From a virus (Duplodnaviria > Heunggongvirae > Uroviricota > Caudoviricetes), in IMG/VR virus record IMGVR_UViG_2872147552_000001: a DNA stretch of 64,000 nucleotides. One strand, 5' to 3'. The notes below the pieces were generated by a model. That model searched no databases, was not told the origin of the DNA, and was given only the letters and a program-made list of their open reading frames with translations. Of the stretch, positions 1-9,778 are shown piece after piece; position 1 is the first letter of the stretch, and each line of letters starts with the position of its first letter. A program made the translations under genes and the position numbers.

Positions 1-125
1 TGCACGGCTGAGACGCTCAACCAAACGCGCCAGCTTTTCCATGTCCCGAATAAGATATCGCTTAAATGCTTTCTGGCTGTTATTGAGTCTATTCCCCGCA
101 CGTTTGAACTGATGCGCATCGTATT

Positions 126-470
126 TCAGACCCATATATTCGCCCCCACTTCAAGATGCCCAGGTCTTCCTCGTAGCCCCCAGCGGCGATGAACACTGGA
201 CACCTTTAATTTTTGACCTTCAAGGATCAGCACATCATCAAGTTGTACAGCCGCTTCTAAAGGGACAACTAACACAGCATCAAACAGCTCCAGACTCGCC
301 TTACCACGACTACCAGAGCTATCAGCACGAACTGACGATTTCTCATTACTCTGTTCGAACTTAACCACGCCGACATTCGTCTTCCTGACGAATTGTAATT
401 GCGCCTCACCGTAAACGTTCTTTGCGCCAAAGCGGTAGATCGCAATTTCTGTTTGCCATGAAATATTCAT
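126..470 (-). CDS. hypothetical virion morphogenesis protein (head-tail joining region)
   Basis: Track ORF 126..566 trimmed to internal ATG at 470 (MNISWQ...), which has a GGGAGAG Shine-Dalgarno and avoids overlap with the upstream gene; co-oriented with the capsid module. Confidence 0.4.
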   Translation of the reverse strand: MNISWQTEIAIYRFGAKNVYGEAQLQFVRKTNVGVVKFEQSNEKSSVRADSSGSRGKASLELFDAVLVVPLEAAVQLDDVLILEGQKLKVSSVHRRWGLRGRPGHLEVGANIWV

Positions 471-549
471 GCTCTCTCCCTGTTGTTGTCGGTCGCTCTC
501 ATTACTGGCCAAAAAACCTTTCGACCAAAAGTAAATAATGCGACTGGCG

Positions 550-1383
550 TTACGCACGGCGAACAATCATACGGTTGTTGATGTAACTGACCAGCAAGCG
601 CCAGGTACTACGAGCCACATGCACGTTTGCAGCTTTACCGGTACGGTACATGTTGGTTGTTTCACCGATGGACTCTGACAAAATGCCATCCTCTCGTGCT
701 GCGGCTACATCATTGCCATTTGCGATCTCACACGCTTCGTTGACAACGGCAAGCATCAACGCTTCTTTGAAGTAGTCAGGGAACTCTTCAAACTTCTCCT
801 GCGTCATCTTTTCCCAATCGACTAAATCATGCCGGTACGCTCCATCTGCTCCCCACGGAATGTCATACACATTCAGCATATTTTGAGGGCGATCGTATCG
901 GTCAAAGTCGATACGTAGAATTTTGCGGATTGAGAACGGTAAAGTTTTAATTCGTCTGGTAGCCTCAATGAGACGCTTGCGCATTAAGCCTTCACCATCC
1001 GACAGCAAAGTGTCCCCATTCAGCATATCGATCGCCTGCATTTGAGCATCAGCGACAGTTGCAAACGACTGTTCTGGTATCGACAGTTCAAAACTATTCA
1101 GCAGAACATACATTTGCCGCTCTTCATGCGTCAGACCCGATGCAACAGCCTTCACAATGACGTACCGCAGATCGCGTTCTTTCTCAGAGAGCTGGTTATA
1201 TTCAGCCGACACGACAACCGGAATCGACATTTGACCGCTGGTAATTTCTAGCGGCTCGCCATCAACGAGAATAGCCCCGGTGCTGTCCTTTACTGTGTAG
1301 GTAGCAGATTCGATATCCAGCACGTTGAAGGCAAATGAAAGGGAAACAGCTTCACCGCTACGATACGAGTCGATCTGCGCCAT
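550..1383 (-). CDS. hypothetical structural protein (head-tail connector candidate)
   Basis: 277-aa ORF, ATG overlaps stop of upstream gene; position downstream of capsid and decoration genes. Confidence 0.4.
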   Translation of the reverse strand: MAQIDSYRSGEAVSLSFAFNVLDIESATYTVKDSTGAILVDGEPLEITSGQMSIPVVVSAEYNQLSEKERDLRYVIVKAVASGLTHEERQMYVLLNSFELSIPEQSFATVADAQMQAIDMLNGDTLLSDGEGLMRKRLIEATRRIKTLPFSIRKILRIDFDRYDRPQNMLNVYDIPWGADGAYRHDLVDWEKMTQEKFEEFPDYFKEALMLAVVNEACEIANGNDVAAAREDGILSESIGETTNMYRTGKAANVHVARSTWRLLVSYINNRMIVRRA

Positions 1384-1817
1384 TACTCACCGCCTTGTGC
1401 TTTCAGGATGCCTTCAATCATCTCGACAATTCCTTTCGCTTTGACACCAACCTGATTACCAATCACACGTAGACCGGCAATGCCTTCATTGTCTGCAATT
1501 GACTCCAACTCTTCTCGTGTGAAAGTCTGGATCTGTTTGGCCGGTTCATCTGGTGTCCCACGTTTCATTGGCACAATGTCAGGTGCTGCTGGCTCGGTAA
1601 TCAGGTCTGCGGTCAACTCGCCACGATCACTGTATGCGGCAGACGGAGAAACATTTTTGCCCTCGACTGTTGATGCTCGCATTGAGGCACAAATCCTTTG
1701 CTGATCGATAAAAGGCAACTCCGCTACGGACACCCCGTTCTCGAACTGAACGCCGCACAACATTCCCGAATAACCGGAAAATTGCGGTTCTAATAAAACA
1801 ATTTTTGCTGGTTTCAT
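1383..1817 (-). CDS. hypothetical structural protein
   Basis: 144-aa ORF in the capsid operon immediately after the Ig-like protein. Confidence 0.4.
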   Translation of the reverse strand: MKPAKIVLLEPQFSGYSGMLCGVQFENGVSVAELPFIDQQRICASMRASTVEGKNVSPSAAYSDRGELTADLITEPAAPDIVPMKRGTPDEPAKQIQTFTREELESIADNEGIAGLRVIGNQVGVKAKGIVEMIEGILKAQGGE

Positions 1818-1861
1818 AACGCATTCTCTCTACATGGGCGGCTTTCGCCGCCCAATATTGA

Positions 1862-2782
1862 TTATTCCTGTGCAGCAGTGACTTCTACGGTCGCTGTCGC
1901 TTTGTGGCTACCATCTTGGGTAGTAACCTCGATTGTGGCAGTACCAGCCGCAACGCCAGTTACAACACCGGTTTCGCTATCCACCGTTGCAAATTCGGTA
2001 TTTTTGGATTCCCAAGTAACGGTTTTATTTGTTGCTCCTGCCGGCTCGACATTTGCGGTCAGCTGAACAGTTTTGTTTGCCTCAACGTTTGTGCTATTTG
2101 GGTCGATTTCGACGCCGGTAACAGCCACAACAGGCGCAGTTACTTCCACCGTTGCAGTTCCCTTTTTGCTGCCATCTTGGGAAACGATCTCAATCGTCGC
2201 AGTGCCAACTTCTACACCAGTAACGTTCCCGCTCTGGTCTACCGTTGCCTTATCTTCATTTTTGGAAGACCAGGTAACAGCCTTATTCGTCGCATTTGAC
2301 GGCTGAACATTCGCTTTCAGACTGACTGATTTCCCTTTCTCAACAGACGTTGATTCTGGCGTTACCGTTACGGATTGAACGGCTACCGGATTTACGGTGA
2401 CTTCCACTGAAGCGGAAAGCTGGGTTTCCTGATCAGTTGCAGTAATTTTTACTTTGCCTGGTGCTACGCCAGTTACTAATCCAGTGCCGTTAACGGTTGC
2501 AATTTGGTCATTGGCTGACTTCCAGGTGAATGAACTGGCACTCTTACCCATAGTAATACCTGCACTAAGTTGAACAGTTTTCCCAACCAAAACTGACGGT
2601 GAAGCCGGGGTTATGTTTACGGATTGGGAGAAGGGAACCGCCTGCAAACAAGCAGATAGCTGACTTTGTTGTCGCTCGGTTAAAGGTTCATCGGAGATAG
2701 AATTGGTAAATCCGGCACGGCACATATGCCCCGTAAAATCCGAAAATGTCTCTTCCGTAATCTTCATCTTTTGTTCTGGCAT
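1862..2782 (-). CDS. Ig-like (Big_2-type) repeat protein, probable capsid decoration or fibre protein
   Basis: Three tandem ~80-aa repeats of the pattern VTGV..G.ATI.V...DGS.K.TATVEVTA typical of bacterial Ig-like group 2 domains; located directly after the major capsid gene; AGGAG RBS. Confidence 0.6.
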   Translation of the reverse strand: MPEQKMKITEETFSDFTGHMCRAGFTNSISDEPLTERQQSQLSACLQAVPFSQSVNITPASPSVLVGKTVQLSAGITMGKSASSFTWKSANDQIATVNGTGLVTGVAPGKVKITATDQETQLSASVEVTVNPVAVQSVTVTPESTSVEKGKSVSLKANVQPSNATNKAVTWSSKNEDKATVDQSGNVTGVEVGTATIEIVSQDGSKKGTATVEVTAPVVAVTGVEIDPNSTNVEANKTVQLTANVEPAGATNKTVTWESKNTEFATVDSETGVVTGVAAGTATIEVTTQDGSHKATATVEVTAAQE

Positions 2783-2855
2783 TTCTCGCTCCTACAAAAA
2801 GGGTGGGCGTATAGCCCACCCTTTAACATAGATAATTACTTATCTACTTCACTGA

Positions 2856-3731
2856 TTAAATTTTTACATTGGTCAGTGCAGCGATAGCCTTATCGTGCTT
2901 ATTCGCCAGAGAGCAGTACCACTTCACACGGGTACGTACTGCGTCTTTGTTCTGTACAGTACCAATGTTTTCAACAACGATACCTGCGTTGTCGCCGCCA
3001 TACAGACCAGTAACGCCGTTCTCTTCTGACAGATGCAGGCAGTAGATGCTTGCTTTGCCAGAATCGGTCGGGATGAAGTCGTTGATGATGAACGGAACGC
3101 CGTTATGACACAGCATCGGACGACCGAAGTTCTCCATCATGATTTCAGACGGACCTACGTTTACTGTACGCAGCAGCGCACGGTAAGCACGCAGGTGCTC
3201 TGAACGCATCATGATGCAGTCAGCACCAAGATCTTTCACCGCATCGACCAGTTCGTCGAACATAGAGAAAGTCATAGATGCACCGGCGATATCGATCTTC
3301 TGATCTGCGTGCATCAGGCGTGGAATGCCGTCAAACGCCTTGTTGTTGGAGCTGGAGTCACCCAAAATCAGGTTGCGACGGAACGCACGAGCCAGACCTT
3401 TAACTTTCTGACGAACCTGAATAGCCAACTGGTTGTTGGTGTCGGCCATAGTGGTCGCCAGGAATTTATCAACGTCTACGTCACCAGCCAGAATACGCAG
3501 TTTCGCAACGCATTCTTCGAAGGTTGCTGCACCTTCAGGGATGGTGTCGTTAACGTCGATGAAGGTAGCTTCACTCAGCGTTTTTTCACGGTTGTACAGA
3601 TATGCCTTTGAATTAATTTTCATAAAAGGCAGGATGGCAAACAGGTCATCGCGATCGATGATAGTTTCGATCACACCCTGTTCAAGTTCGTTGTTAGACA
3701 GCTTTTCAGCTTCTTCACGCAGTAATGGCAT
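2856..3731 (-). CDS. major capsid protein (by position and size)
   Basis: 291-aa ORF between scaffold-like gene and Ig-like decoration gene in the order TerS-TerL-portal-scaffold-capsid. Confidence 0.55.
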   Translation of the reverse strand: MPLLREEAEKLSNNELEQGVIETIIDRDDLFAILPFMKINSKAYLYNREKTLSEATFIDVNDTIPEGAATFEECVAKLRILAGDVDVDKFLATTMADTNNQLAIQVRQKVKGLARAFRRNLILGDSSSNNKAFDGIPRLMHADQKIDIAGASMTFSMFDELVDAVKDLGADCIMMRSEHLRAYRALLRTVNVGPSEIMMENFGRPMLCHNGVPFIINDFIPTDSGKASIYCLHLSEENGVTGLYGGDNAGIVVENIGTVQNKDAVRTRVKWYCSLANKHDKAIAALTNVKI

Positions 3732-3756
3732 CTATCAATTCCCTTTGATTTAGATG

Positions 3757-4644
3757 TTACTTAAGTCCAATTTTCCCCAGACCGGAGGCCAACTTATCCA
3801 TAGTCGACTTGTTCTTCGGTTGGGATATTGTGTAGGTCGATTTGGAATGTGAGCCTACACCCTGCTTGGCTTCGCTACGCATCAATGCGTCAGCTTCCGG
3901 ATCTGCCCGCACAATGCGTTCAATCGCGGATTCAAACGGCAACGGCTTACCTTCACCGTCAACCAGAACAGCTCGTTCTTTGTGACCTGCCGGTTTGTCA
4001 TAACCCACTACGCTACCGTCTTCACCAACTTCAAAATGAGAACCGTAGATCACGCGGGCTTTTGCCGGGGTCATCAGAACTTTGTCACGTAGGAAGAGAG
4101 AGTTACTGAAGGAAGCGCCCACGGTCATCTCGACTAATTGAGATTTCAGTGATGCGTTTTCACTTTCCAGTGCTGCATAACGTTCGTCACGCTGTGCCAG
4201 CTCTGCCTGGTGTGCTTCGATCATCTGTTTTTTAACAGCATCGAACTCACCACGACGCTCCAGTTCAGCTTGCTCCGCCTCACGACGTGCGTTTTCTGCG
4301 GCCTGTTCAGCTTCTAAAAGCTGGCGAGCACGAGCCGGATCGATATCACCGTACTGAGCAAGCTGATCGGCCAATGTGCGCTCTTTCTCTTTGCGCTTCA
4401 TGTTCTCCTTCAGCAGTTCAGCACCAGCTTTCTTGGTTTTACGAAGTTCGGCCAGTAACTCTTCCTGAGTCATGCCAGCGTATTCGTCATCGCCCTTCGG
4501 CTGCTCTTTTTGTTCACCCTGTTTGTCAGGATCTTGTGTACTCTGCTCATTATCAGCAGCTACACCGCCAGCGCCTCCACGCTCATGCGCTTCAGCGACA
4601 TCCATCAGACCACGACGGGCCAAAAGCATTTGCCACAGATTCAT
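3757..4644 (-). CDS. scaffolding protein (coiled-coil, E/A/K/R/Q-rich)
   Basis: 295-aa highly charged helical sequence (ELLAELRKTKKAGAELLKENMKRKEKE...) between portal and capsid genes; AAGGAA RBS. Confidence 0.5.
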   Translation of the reverse strand: MNLWQMLLARRGLMDVAEAHERGGAGGVAADNEQSTQDPDKQGEQKEQPKGDDEYAGMTQEELLAELRKTKKAGAELLKENMKRKEKERTLADQLAQYGDIDPARARQLLEAEQAAENARREAEQAELERRGEFDAVKKQMIEAHQAELAQRDERYAALESENASLKSQLVEMTVGASFSNSLFLRDKVLMTPAKARVIYGSHFEVGEDGSVVGYDKPAGHKERAVLVDGEGKPLPFESAIERIVRADPEADALMRSEAKQGVGSHSKSTYTISQPKNKSTMDKLASGLGKIGLK

Positions 4645-4665
4645 AAAAATTCCTTTTGTTACTTA

Positions 4666-6240
4666 TCACTCGTTCTCTTGAGTAGATGAGTCCCCATTCC
4701 CTCGGGGTTGATCTTGCCCGCTTTCTTGGGCTGCACCACGATCATAAGTAAGTACTGACTTATTTTCAAGGGTATTTAGATCATTTTTTGGAGGAAAATT
4801 CAAGAGATCTTTATCAAATTCCTTTTTCATCGCCTCAGTAATGTTCGGGAAAATCTTCTCAATAAGCATTTCCATCTGGTGACGACGTACAGAGTCCGGT
4901 GCCTGAAGTAATGACAGTTTCTCGGCAACAGAAAATTCATCAGTAAGGCCACGAATATCGAAACTTTCTGGATACGCAATTAAAGAGTGGTCTTCGTCCA
5001 GATCTACCCCCATCCATTTCGCAACCAGTAGCATGATTTGGCGTTCAGCCCTTTCCAGACGCTCTGCTTTTGTGACAAGCAAGCTATTTACACGCTGGAA
5101 GTCATACATTTTTGCGGCACCAGATGAATTATCGATTCCCTGTGCGTTGTCCTGCTTCGTTCGCTCACCAGCTACACCAACTGAATGGTAGATTTCGTTA
5201 ATCACCGTCTTAATCGTAGTGATGATCATCTGAGCTTGTTTCGGGTCTGGTGACAGATAAAACGGCTGGTTTCCACCTTCAGAATCGTAGGTGAAGACTC
5301 GCTTTGTGCCCATTTCAAGCACTTTAGTGTGGTTTTCATCACCAGGTAAAAGCGACTGTACCGGTATAGCCAACTGGCTAAATGTCTGATCCTGAATAAT
5401 GGCATCAAGGTTTGACAGATAGTTTGCAACCGCACGATCAAGATAAGCGATATCATCGATCAACGATGGGCTGAAATACGGTGATTCACTTTCTCCAATA
5501 CAATCAACAGGAAACACAGGAACTACGCCGAGATTATGCTCACCGCTATCCTCTAAAATAACTTTTGCCTGACGGCGACCTGCTCCACCAGCGCCCTTCT
5601 TCACTTCCTCACGGAACAGATACCACTCGTTTTGTGTCCACAGACGATAACGTTGGTATTCCTGACCTGTAGAAGTAAAAGGATCTGCGTCATCACGAGC
5701 GACTTCCACAATTAACGCCCACAACATATTCCCGTCGTCGTCCCATGCCACATCCAGCATTTGCTGAGGTGAAATCCAGTAGGCGTAGGCGCGAGCATCT
5801 TTCTTTTTCTCGTCAGCTACTGACTCAACATCACCACTCATCGTGCTATCGACAACAACCCATATGCGACCGTAAATAGACGACTGCAAATCAATAGCGG
5901 CCATAAATGAGTCAATAGAGGCATTCTGGCGAGTCGCACGTTTCCAGAAATTGCGGATCTGCTCTGGTGCCTCTTCGATATTTCTATGAATGTCTTCTTT
6001 AAAGAGATATTTGTTGATGAGGTTTACCACCTCACGAGTGTGGTTGAAGCGATAAGCACGTTCAACTCGCTCCTTAAACTCCTGATCTCCCTCTTTAAAG
6101 TAACGAAAGATATTGTCTGTAAACCAACCACGCCCGCCAGCGTAAGTGCTGGCGAGGAAGTCCCAATGTTCTTTTTTCTTTTCGTATTCCGGGTGGCGTC
6201 GCGCCACCAGATCCTTAATTTGTTTGTCGTTCAATTCCAT
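4666..6240 (-). CDS. portal protein (by position and size)
   Basis: 524-aa ORF immediately downstream of the large terminase. Confidence 0.55.
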   Translation of the reverse strand: MELNDKQIKDLVARRHPEYEKKKEHWDFLASTYAGGRGWFTDNIFRYFKEGDQEFKERVERAYRFNHTREVVNLINKYLFKEDIHRNIEEAPEQIRNFWKRATRQNASIDSFMAAIDLQSSIYGRIWVVVDSTMSGDVESVADEKKKDARAYAYWISPQQMLDVAWDDDGNMLWALIVEVARDDADPFTSTGQEYQRYRLWTQNEWYLFREEVKKGAGGAGRRQAKVILEDSGEHNLGVVPVFPVDCIGESESPYFSPSLIDDIAYLDRAVANYLSNLDAIIQDQTFSQLAIPVQSLLPGDENHTKVLEMGTKRVFTYDSEGGNQPFYLSPDPKQAQMIITTIKTVINEIYHSVGVAGERTKQDNAQGIDNSSGAAKMYDFQRVNSLLVTKAERLERAERQIMLLVAKWMGVDLDEDHSLIAYPESFDIRGLTDEFSVAEKLSLLQAPDSVRRHQMEMLIEKIFPNITEAMKKEFDKDLLNFPPKNDLNTLENKSVLTYDRGAAQESGQDQPRGNGDSSTQENE

Positions 6241-6266
6241 TTGAATAACCTTAGATAATTACTTAC

Positions 6267-7523
6267 CTATCGAGAACCACCAAGAATAACACGGTTTTTG
6301 ACTGGATACCTACGATGTACTGGATAGCCCAATGCGTCTGCACTATGCTCAATGCCACCTGTCTTATCCATATCTCGTGTTCCAGGCTTGTAGATGACTT
6401 TTTCCAGTGAATCAATCAAATGCTTGCACTTCGGATCGATATACAGCCGGATATCTCCAGATGCGGTCATCAGCATTCGGTTAACAGCATTAACACGATC
6501 CGCAATTGGCGGGTGCTTTTTCGAATAATCGACACGTAAGAATCCCTTCTCTTTGAATATGTCGACGTCAGACTCCCCGCGAGCATGTTGGCGATAAGCA
6601 CCTGCCGGATCTGGAAATACCGTTATCTGTGATTTCCAGCGCCAGAAGCGTCTCTCAAGCTCATCACAAACCTCTGCCGTGTTAGAGGAAAAGAGCACCA
6701 ATTCATCAATTGCCCATAGCTCACCATTTGGCTGAGGTTGCAAAATTACTGAAGACATCGGGTCAATGTTGAAGTCCTGCCCTACCCATATAGGCAACCG
6801 AGGGTTGAACTGAAGCGGTTTTACATGCACGTTACGATCGAACGGGTAGTAAACGCGCCCGGACATGTTCTCAAAGCTCGCCAGGTACTCCTGAGCGAAC
6901 GATTTCGGGTCCATATCGTTCTTAGCAGCTTCAATTTCCGCCGTAGGTACAAACGGAGAATCGGCAGTTACAAACTGCCAGCTCTTCCACTGTCCCTTTC
7001 TTTGCAGCTCTACGTTCTGGCCTATAGTCCACAGTTTGTGAAATTCCGAGAAGCCTTTTGGCGTACCAATGATCAGTGCACCGCCGCGTGTCGATGAAAG
7101 AGTAGGTCGTAACACCTTGTACCAGGTGTCAGCCTTCATATCCTGAAATTCATCAAGCACTACAAAATGCAACGCTACGCCGCGCAGAGTGTCAGGCTTA
7201 TCAGCACCTTTGAGGGCGATCTCCGAACCGTTCTTCAACACGATTGTCATCGTGGTGTCGTTCTTTTTCCTAACCCACTTACGAGGCAGAACTTCCTGTA
7301 GATCGTCCCACAAAATCTGGCGAGCCATCTGGTAAGTAGGAGCGACATACCAGACCCTTTGCTTTTTTTCCTTTGCCGCCGCACGAATAATAGTGGAGAT
7401 CGACAACCGGGATTTTCCCCAGCGTCGACCAGCACAAACAACTTTAAATCGATGCGGAGACTGGAAGACTTTCATCTGTCCAGAATGCAGTTGCACAAGA
7501 CTGAGCGAGGACGGGATTGCCAT
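6267..7523 (-). CDS. terminase large subunit
   Basis: Walker A-like CAGRRWGKS near the N-terminus followed by nuclease-type C-terminal half; ATG overlaps TerS stop (TAATG coupling). Confidence 0.8.
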   Translation of the reverse strand: MAIPSSLSLVQLHSGQMKVFQSPHRFKVVCAGRRWGKSRLSISTIIRAAAKEKKQRVWYVAPTYQMARQILWDDLQEVLPRKWVRKKNDTTMTIVLKNGSEIALKGADKPDTLRGVALHFVVLDEFQDMKADTWYKVLRPTLSSTRGGALIIGTPKGFSEFHKLWTIGQNVELQRKGQWKSWQFVTADSPFVPTAEIEAAKNDMDPKSFAQEYLASFENMSGRVYYPFDRNVHVKPLQFNPRLPIWVGQDFNIDPMSSVILQPQPNGELWAIDELVLFSSNTAEVCDELERRFWRWKSQITVFPDPAGAYRQHARGESDVDIFKEKGFLRVDYSKKHPPIADRVNAVNRMLMTASGDIRLYIDPKCKHLIDSLEKVIYKPGTRDMDKTGGIEHSADALGYPVHRRYPVKNRVILGGSR

Positions 7524-8155
7524 TATTCGTCCTCCCCTTTACTTCCATCATCTGTCGCATCAAATTCGCTTAGAGCTTCTTCTTCTAACGTCTCAAGCAA
7601 TTCGTCATCGATGATTTCAGGCTCGTCGTCTTCCTGACGTAATTTCGCCACCTGGGAAGGCGTAAGCTCACCAAATACCAGGTTCGGAATTTCTTCCTCG
7701 TCATTTTCCGCATGATCCATGCCCAATGCTTTGGACGAAACTTCAAAGCATTTTGCAAGGGTATTACTGGCTCTCTGTAAGCTCTTGAGAGAATCCTCAA
7801 TCGCCCCTAAAGGCTTACCCTCACGTTTGGCCGTAGTGACTTCGACCATCACCATCTGCCCCAACGCATACGCCCAGCCGTCATAACGTGTACGACGTTC
7901 TTCTATCTTTTCCGCACGGGCTTTAGCGCGAAGCTCTGCGTCAGATTTAAGAGACTCACGAACCATCTTCCCAACAGAGTCCGCGCCTTTCTCTAATCCT
8001 CGCTTTTTGAAATGTCTGGAGAGTGTTTCACGACGAATGCCGTACTCTTCCTCCAGCTTTGAGAGTGTATATTCGCCTGACGTCCATTTGGCTTCAGCTT
8101 CGGCCCACTCCGCTGGTGTCAGGCGAGTTTTTACCTCGTCTTTTTCGACCGTCAT
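7523..8155 (-). CDS. terminase small subunit (HTH DNA-binding)
   Basis: 210-aa protein with N-terminal HTH-like segment and acidic C-terminal tail, translationally coupled to TerL; GAGGGA RBS. Confidence 0.6.
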   Translation of the reverse strand: MTVEKDEVKTRLTPAEWAEAEAKWTSGEYTLSKLEEEYGIRRETLSRHFKKRGLEKGADSVGKMVRESLKSDAELRAKARAEKIEERRTRYDGWAYALGQMVMVEVTTAKREGKPLGAIEDSLKSLQRASNTLAKCFEVSSKALGMDHAENDEEEIPNLVFGELTPSQVAKLRQEDDEPEIIDDELLETLEEEALSEFDATDDGSKGEDE

Positions 8156-8249
8156 AGATCCCTCTAAAACACACAGAGCGCGTCCATGCGCTCTAAAACA
8201 ACTTGTTTACTGAATCTGCTAACCAACTTGTTTTCTGGGGTGTTTAATT

Positions 8250-8349
8250 AGGTCTGGGCATGTCTTATTAAGCCTGCTTCCGTATATATTTAATAAGTTA
8301 CTTATTATTTATATATACAGAAGCAGGTCTTTAAATAAGCTCCCAGACC
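8250..8349. repeat. nested inverted-repeat element, copy 1 (outer arms AGGTCTGGG/CCCAGACC, inner arms GCCTGCTTCCGTATATA/TATATACAGAAGCAGG)
   Basis: Long AT-rich palindrome seen directly in sequence upstream of the terminase operon; near-identical copy at 38751-38850. Confidence 0.6.
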
Positions 8350-8351
8350 GG

Positions 8352-8618
8352 TTACATCACCAGTAACTTCGCTTTGGCTCGACCTAAAGTGGTTAACCCA
8401 AGAGTTCGGCGGTGATAGCGATTGTCACTGCGTTGGCGCGTATGCCCTTTCTCCACCAGCCCCTTTTTTATCAGAGCGCGAATTGAGAACTGGATACTTT
8501 GCTTGGTTGTCTTGTACGGCAAAACTTCAAGCAATTCGTCCAGATCAAGTAAATGACCTCGCTCATAACCGAGGTTGAGCGTTTTGATGATGTCCTTTTG
8601 TTTATCGGTTAACGTCAT
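8352..8618 (-). CDS. small DNA-binding protein (winged-helix-like), hypothetical
   Basis: 88-aa basic ORF, AAGGA RBS; first gene upstream of the terminase. Confidence 0.35.
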   Translation of the reverse strand: MTLTDKQKDIIKTLNLGYERGHLLDLDELLEVLPYKTTKQSIQFSIRALIKKGLVEKGHTRQRSDNRYHRRTLGLTTLGRAKAKLLVM

Positions 8619-8627
8619 GGCAAATCC

Positions 8628-9527
8628 TTATGCCGGTAAAGCAATTTCTAACGGTTTATCCAAAGGTTGTTTGTCGAATGCCAGCAGTGGCAGCGTGTCA
8701 GGCAGCCGACGACCAAAGTCAGGGTTTCGGTACACACCATACAACGGAGACGTAAAGCTCAGGTTGTGAATGTCCTTGAGCAGCTTCACAATGCTGGCCT
8801 CGTCCACCAGACTGTCGGCAATGTCCTGAATCGTCGTGCCACGATTCCGCCCAGCTTTTGCCAGGGAACTGTTCTTGTGGTAGTCCGCTACCAGATCACG
8901 CAGTGCACGGCGACGACGAGACTCGCTCATTGCGAACAACTCTTTGACGATCGCCTCGTTATCACCCGGGTCGGAACGGAAATGGCGCTGGAATACACGC
9001 AGTGCACTTTCATAGCTCTTCGGTCGCTCAGGGCGGATGAACTTAAACCCTGCTTTCATGGCGAAGGGATTGTATTTGCTCATCGAGGACTGGATCTCAA
9101 TGATTGGCCGGTCGTGCATCCTGCTAACCAGGTTAATCATTCGATAGGAGACGCCGACACCGCGGTACTGAGTGTCCACAACGGAACGGCTGATCACCGC
9201 AAAGTTGTTGTTCACGTACCGCCCCCAATACTGGTTGGCCACGGTGGTATTGGTGGTTGGCTTCAGCTTAGGAAACATGCGATGGCGAGGCGCCAGCAGC
9301 AGTTTCGGGTAAGCCATAACCACGACGCCCACCAGCCGGTCGTCCAGTTCGCAGCGATAATACGTTGGCGCAAACGGCTTACCATCCGTCTTGTAGTGCA
9401 GCGACTTCAGCGCGTGCCAGTCTTCAACCGTGCCTTTGGTAACGGTCATACGCTCCAGAAAGTCCAGATGACGCGGGAACTCTTCCGGGCGGTAGCGTTT
9501 GATGATGATGCCTGTCATGTCGATCAC
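8628..9527 (-). CDS. GNAT-like acetyltransferase-domain protein (tentative)
   Basis: Segment VISRSVVDTQYRGVGVSYRMINLV resembles the GNAT acetyl-CoA-binding motif (Q/R-x-x-G-x-G/A); track start is GTG overlapping upstream stop, alternative ATG about 10 nt downstream with AGGTGA RBS. Confidence 0.35.
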   Translation of the reverse strand: MIDMTGIIIKRYRPEEFPRHLDFLERMTVTKGTVEDWHALKSLHYKTDGKPFAPTYYRCELDDRLVGVVVMAYPKLLLAPRHRMFPKLKPTTNTTVANQYWGRYVNNNFAVISRSVVDTQYRGVGVSYRMINLVSRMHDRPIIEIQSSMSKYNPFAMKAGFKFIRPERPKSYESALRVFQRHFRSDPGDNEAIVKELFAMSESRRRRALRDLVADYHKNSSLAKAGRNRGTTIQDIADSLVDEASIVKLLKDIHNLSFTSPLYGVYRNPDFGRRLPDTLPLLAFDKQPLDKPLEIALPA

Positions 9528-9778
9528 CTACGCTCGATATTGGCATTGATGAAGTCCAGGCGAAGCGATTCCATCGCCCCAACCATGACGTATGGACGCC
9601 CACCGTTATGCCAGCAATCCAGCACACTGCCGTCGTTGTTGATCATCAGCAGTGCCAGGCTCTGGCTTTTGCCTTCTCTGGCGTACTGGAGTGCTTCTTC
9701 CAGCAGGCGGATGACTTCAACGTTGTTGTTGTCAGCCTCTTTCGATGGCTTCAGCTCTACGATCTTCAAATCAGGCAT
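9524..9778 (-). CDS. hypothetical protein
   Basis: 84-aa ORF tightly packed between the ABC ATPase and the GNAT-like gene. Confidence 0.35.
   Translation of the reverse strand: MPDLKIVELKPSKEADNNNVEVIRLLEEALQYAREGKSQSLALLMINNDGSVLDCWHNGGRPYVMVGAMESLRLDFINANIERR

Noticed and set aside
1862-2782. Internal nucleotide repeats in the Ig-like gene as a possible mobile or satellite repeat
   Set aside because: The repeats are in-frame and encode tandem Ig-like domains; ordinary domain duplication.
8628-9527. GNAT-like protein plus adjacent wHTH protein as a GNAT toxin / antitoxin pair
   Set aside because: The GNAT-like protein is about 300 aa (toxins are about 170 aa), gene order is reversed relative to known pairs, and both are embedded in a longer coupled operon.
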